Shown here in pieces: positions 45,705 to 49,058 of a stretch of 49,058 nt of DNA. The notes under the pieces were generated by a model, which saw nothing but the letters and a program-made list of their open reading frames with translations, had not been told where the DNA came from and made no database searches. The translations under genes were made by a program, and so were the position numbers. Each line of letters starts with the position of its first letter. Within the stretch, counting starts at the first letter, position 1. The DNA is from Nitrososphaerales archaeon (GTDB lineage: Archaea; Thermoproteota; Nitrososphaeria; Nitrososphaerales; JANXEG01): assembly GCA_025058425.1 (NCBI GenBank), contig JANXEG010000001.1, positions 1 through 49,058 of the forward strand, read 5' to 3'.

Positions 45705-46013
45705 TTATTGAACCTCTATGGATGATGGGTTGAAACCGAGTTGTATTAACTCATTCTTTATAGCCTCTCTATGATCGCCTTGAAGTAGGATGTAACCATC
45801 CTTTGCCGTACCACCACATGCCAACTTACTCTTTAATCTTTGGGCTATCTTATACAGATCGGTCCGCTTCGGATTCAACCCTTCGATCATGGTAGTAGGC
45901 TTTCCAAAACGCCTCATCTCGAGCCTAACGACGATTCTCGTTTCATCCTTTTCTAGCTCTTCACAAACACAGAGATCACGTGGTAGTCCACACCTTTTGC
46001 AGACTTCAGCCAT
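45705..46013 (-). CDS. translation initiation factor aSUI1 (eIF1 homologue)
   Basis: 102 aa with an N-terminal Cys knuckle (CKRCGLPRDLCVC) and a SUI1 domain (RFGKPTTMIEGL...LKSKLACGGT...ILLQGDHR). Confidence 0.9.
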   Translation of the reverse strand: MAEVCKRCGLPRDLCVCEELEKDETRIVVRLEMRRFGKPTTMIEGLNPKRTDLYKIAQRLKSKLACGGTAKDGYILLQGDHREAIKNELIQLGFNPSSIEVQ

Positions 46014-46170
46014 CCACCATACCTTAAGTAGATTGTAATATTAATAGTTTGCTAACCCTCCTACTCTAGAGCATATTGAATGGCTATTCATGGTTAATGG
46101 TACTGCCCAATCTTTATTCTCATATCGTTACGGTAAATGCTTTAAGTCTACAAGTTGATGTTAAAGGAGG

Positions 46171-47139
46171 ATGTGTAAAGTAGGTGTATTCTATGGCGAA
46201 AAGCTCGCCGAATACTCTTTCCCAAAGGGCCATCCATTAAACCGTAGACGTGTAGAATTGTTTTGGGAGTCGATGGTGAAGCAAGGGTTAACAAGAATCG
46301 ATGGTATTAAGATCTGTGAACCGATCAAAGCTAGCAGGGATGATCTGCTCTCCTTTCACACAGAAGAGTATGTGAGATTTGTAGAGGATGCTTCACGATC
46401 TGGCCATGGCTATCTCGATTACGGTGATACACCAGCATTCAAGGGGATTTACGAAGCTTCCTGTTTTGTAGTAGGCTCTGCCCTCAAAGCCCTCGAAATC
46501 GTTATGAATAAAGAAGTGGATCATTCTTTCATCCCGATAGGTGGTTTGCACCATGCACGGAGAGATAGAGCGGCGGGCTTCTGTGTATTTAATGATGTCG
46601 CTGTAACCATTGTGAAGGCTAAAAAGGTGTATGGGTTGAAGAGGATTCTCTATGTAGATATAGATGCCCACCATGGTGATGGTGTATTCTACGAATTTTA
46701 CGACGATCCATCGGTTTACATCATGGATATTCATGAAGATGGTCGCTATCTATACCCTGGAACGGGCTTTCCCCATGAGACTGGCTCTAAAGATGCCACC
46801 GGTACCAAACTCAATCTACCATTGAATCCAGGATCTGGTGATGAAGAGTTTAAAGCCGCTTTCGATTCTATCGATGAGTTTATCTTGAAGGCTGAGCCGG
46901 AGATCATACTATTTCAGTGTGGTGCTGATGGATTGAAGGAAGACCCACTCACCCATCTAAACTACACGGTCGAAGCCCATAGGTACGCTACAAGAAAGCT
47001 TCATCTTTTATCTCACAATCTCTGTGATGGTAGGCTTATCGCTTTTGGTGGTGGAGGGTACCGTGCTGAAAAGACTGCGGAAGCGTGGATCGAAGTGGTT
47101 AAGTCTCTTTATCTCAAACCTGAATCGACTCGATTATGA
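46171..47139 (+). CDS. histone deacetylase-family protein (AcuC/acetylpolyamine amidohydrolase-like)
   Basis: 322 aa with GGLHHARRDRAAGFCVFNDVA, DIDAHHGDGV and GGGGY motifs of Zn-dependent class I/II deacetylases. Confidence 0.85.
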   Translation: MCKVGVFYGEKLAEYSFPKGHPLNRRRVELFWESMVKQGLTRIDGIKICEPIKASRDDLLSFHTEEYVRFVEDASRSGHGYLDYGDTPAFKGIYEASCFVVGSALKALEIVMNKEVDHSFIPIGGLHHARRDRAAGFCVFNDVAVTIVKAKKVYGLKRILYVDIDAHHGDGVFYEFYDDPSVYIMDIHEDGRYLYPGTGFPHETGSKDATGTKLNLPLNPGSGDEEFKAAFDSIDEFILKAEPEIILFQCGADGLKEDPLTHLNYTVEAHRYATRKLHLLSHNLCDGRLIAFGGGGYRAEKTAEAWIEVVKSLYLKPESTRL

Positions 47140-47469
47140 AGTTATATATCACACATTAGCCTTTACTCGAAAACCTTTTATCATCTTGTAACACGGTTCA
47201 CACCTCTTTGGCTTTAATGTGTAGATCAAATCGTAAACCATAGAATATGGATGTTGAATGTCAATGGTAGAGGTTGGTGTTCAATTGCTAATCCAATCGA
47301 TTAACTTACTAACTCGATCAACAGATCGAGTAAATAAATAGTATGGTTTATAACCTAATAACTTTAAGCTCCTTTAAACGGTTAAAATCGATGTAATAAT
47401 CTTCAATTTAGAAGGTGAGCGAAACCCTTAAAAAGTTATAAAGAGTATACCCAATCAAAAGGTGTGAAT

Positions 47470-47889
47470 ATGGCATCAAAAGAGTTATTAGAGATGTTAA
47501 ATGATGCTATAGCACGTGAATTACAGGTATCGATTCAATATATGTGGCAACATGTTCAATGGAGAGGTGTGAAGGGATTCGCTGTGAAAGATGAGCTCAA
47601 GAGGATCGCGATAACTGAAATGAAGCATGCAGAAAAGATCGCTGAGAGGCTCTTCTATCTTGGAGGTAAACCGACCACACAACCGACACCGATCTTCGTA
47701 GGAGAGAATTTAAGAGAAATGATAGAGCAGGATGTAAAGGATGAGGAAGGTGCTATAAGGCTATATAGGAAGATACATGAGAAGGCTTTAGCAGAAGGGG
47801 ATATAACGACTGCAAGAATCTTCAGAGAAATTCTGGAAGATGAAGAAGAACACCATGATACTTTTACGAGTCTGCTAGAAGAGATTTAA
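47470..47889 (+). CDS. bfr: bacterioferritin-like ferritin-superfamily protein
   Basis: Di-iron ligand pattern E...ExxH twice (ARELQVSIQY; ITEMKHAEK; DEEGA; EDEEEHHD). The EMKHA block includes the Met that ligates haem in bacterioferritins. ATG 47470 (MASKELL) is preferred over the track GTG at 47464. Confidence 0.75.
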   Translation: MASKELLEMLNDAIARELQVSIQYMWQHVQWRGVKGFAVKDELKRIAITEMKHAEKIAERLFYLGGKPTTQPTPIFVGENLREMIEQDVKDEEGAIRLYRKIHEKALAEGDITTARIFREILEDEEEHHDTFTSLLEEI

Positions 47890-47989
47890 ATCGATGTACG
47901 TAAATCACTAAACCTAAGATATCGATTAAACCCCACCTTTTTTTACTCATTTCTCATAAAAAAAGTAATGGGATTATTCAACTATCGAA

Positions 47990-49058
47990 TCAGAAGCCGA
48001 ATGTCTTCATAGCTTCTGCAACTCTACTTACAGCGACCGCGAGCGCTGCTTTTCTCATCGATTCTTTACGTTCTTGTGACCATTTATATACATGGTGGAA
48101 GGCCTTAACGATCTTCTCTTCGAGTTTGCTATTCACAACCTCTTCACTCCAGGATTCTCTGCTGAGGTTTTGGACCCACTCAAAGTAACTTACCGTTACA
48201 CCCCCTGCGTTAGCGAGGATATCTGGGACTACAAGTACTTTGTTAGCGTTAAGAATCTCATCAGCTTCAGTAGTCGTAGGTCCATTGGCACCTTCAACGA
48301 TGATCTTCGCTTTAATATTCGATGCATTGCTCTTCGTTATTACATTTTCCAGCGCTGCAGGTATTAAGACGTCACACTCTAGCGTAAGTAACTCCTCATT
48401 ACTGATCGATTCACAACCCTCAAGCCCTACTACACTTCCAGTCTTCTGTTTATGTGATAGGGCGATTTGAGGGTTGATGCCATTCTTTGAGTAGATTCCA
48501 CCTTTAGAGTCGCTGATCGCGACGATCTTTGCACCCATTTCTTTTAATATCAATGCAGCGTAGCTCCCAACATTCCCGTAGCCTTGAATCGCGACCGTTG
48601 CATTCTTAAATCTGATGCCCAAAGCCTTTATAGCTTCACGGACACAGAAAGCCACACCCCTACCTGTAGCCTGCTCCCTTCCCAAAGAGCCCCCACAATT
48701 GACAGGCTTGCCTGTAACGATCTCTGGCACCCTATACCCCTTTAACTTACTGTACTCATCCATGATCCAGGCCATCGTCTGGGCATCTGTATATACATCG
48801 GGTGCTGGTATATCTTGATAGGGGCCTATAATAGGTGAGATTGCAACAGTATACCCTCTCGTTAACCTCTCCTTTTCACTCAAGGACATTTCTTTAGGGT
48901 TGCAGACGACACCTCCTTTACCACCTCCGTAAGGGATATCGACGACGGCACACTTCCAAGTCATCCACATAGCTAACGCTGTAACTTCCTCCAATGTTAC
49001 ATCTGGATGATACCTTATCCCGCCCTTGTATGGTCCTCGTGCACTATTGTGTTGAACT
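47990..49058 (-). CDS. gdhA: glutamate dehydrogenase; N-terminal end runs off the window
   Basis: The track ORF starts at an internal TTG. Hand translation upstream stays open to the window edge ([25 protein letters not shown]...). It carries the GDH signature GPxKGGxRxHP, the catalytic-Lys loop IPYGGGKGG and the GYGNVG Rossmann motif. Confidence 0.9.
   Translation of the reverse strand, partial: VQHNSARGPYKGGIRYHPDVTLEEVTALAMWMTWKCAVVDIPYGGGKGGVVCNPKEMSLSEKERLTRGYTVAISPIIGPYQDIPAPDVYTDAQTMAWIMDEYSKLKGYRVPEIVTGKPVNCGGSLGREQATGRGVAFCVREAIKALGIRFKNATVAIQGYGNVGSYAALILKEMGAKIVAISDSKGGIYSKNGINPQIALSHKQKTGSVVGLEGCESISNEELLTLECDVLIPAALENVITKSNASNIKAKIIVEGANGPTTTEADEILNANKVLVVPDILANAGGVTVSYFEWVQNLSRESWSEEVVNSKLEEKIVKAFHHVYKWSQERKESMRKAALAVAVSRVAEAMKTFGF

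Overview
This is an archaeal chromosomal window of roughly 40% G+C. It shows archaeal BRE/TATA-like promoters, GGAGGTGA-type Shine-Dalgarno sites inside operons, and frequent TTG starts. The lineage looks TACK-like. A eukaryote-type topoisomerase IB suggests Thaumarchaeota/Aigarchaeota-like ancestry, alongside gatDE, archaeal pantoate kinase and phosphopantothenate synthetase, DHQ synthase II, TFB and aSUI1. Almost all of the window is core metabolism. It holds an archaeal CoA cluster (panE-panB-PPS-PoK), taw1, topo IB, lrp-glnA, sod, gatDE, two tandem moeA genes, tfb, sui1, an HDAC-family gene, bfr and gdhA. About 18 kb forms an aromatic amino-acid super-cluster. trpEGDCFBA on the minus strand diverges from an 11-gene plus-strand operon: ask-asd-aroA'-aroB'-aroD-aroE-aroK-aroA-aroC-(chorismate mutase~aminotransferase)-tyrA. 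I see no CRISPR array, integrase, transposase or obvious defence island. I cannot point to a clear multi-gene novel system. The observations most worth a second look are listed here. (1) The 274-nt divergent control region between the two aromatic operons has short uORFs carrying Tyr/Phe/Trp codons that end at or in the ribosome-binding sites, plus an anti-SD mimic. (2) A tRNA-Ile(GAU) gene carries two insertions, one in the D-loop. (3) A chorismate mutase is fused to an aminotransferase domain with an atypical PLP-lysine motif. (4) An orphan PD-(D/E)xK nuclease has a five-CxxC tail. (5) Several perfect inverted repeats sit in promoters (tfb, stand-alone RAM gene). All functional calls rest on by-eye motif recognition; no database search was possible.
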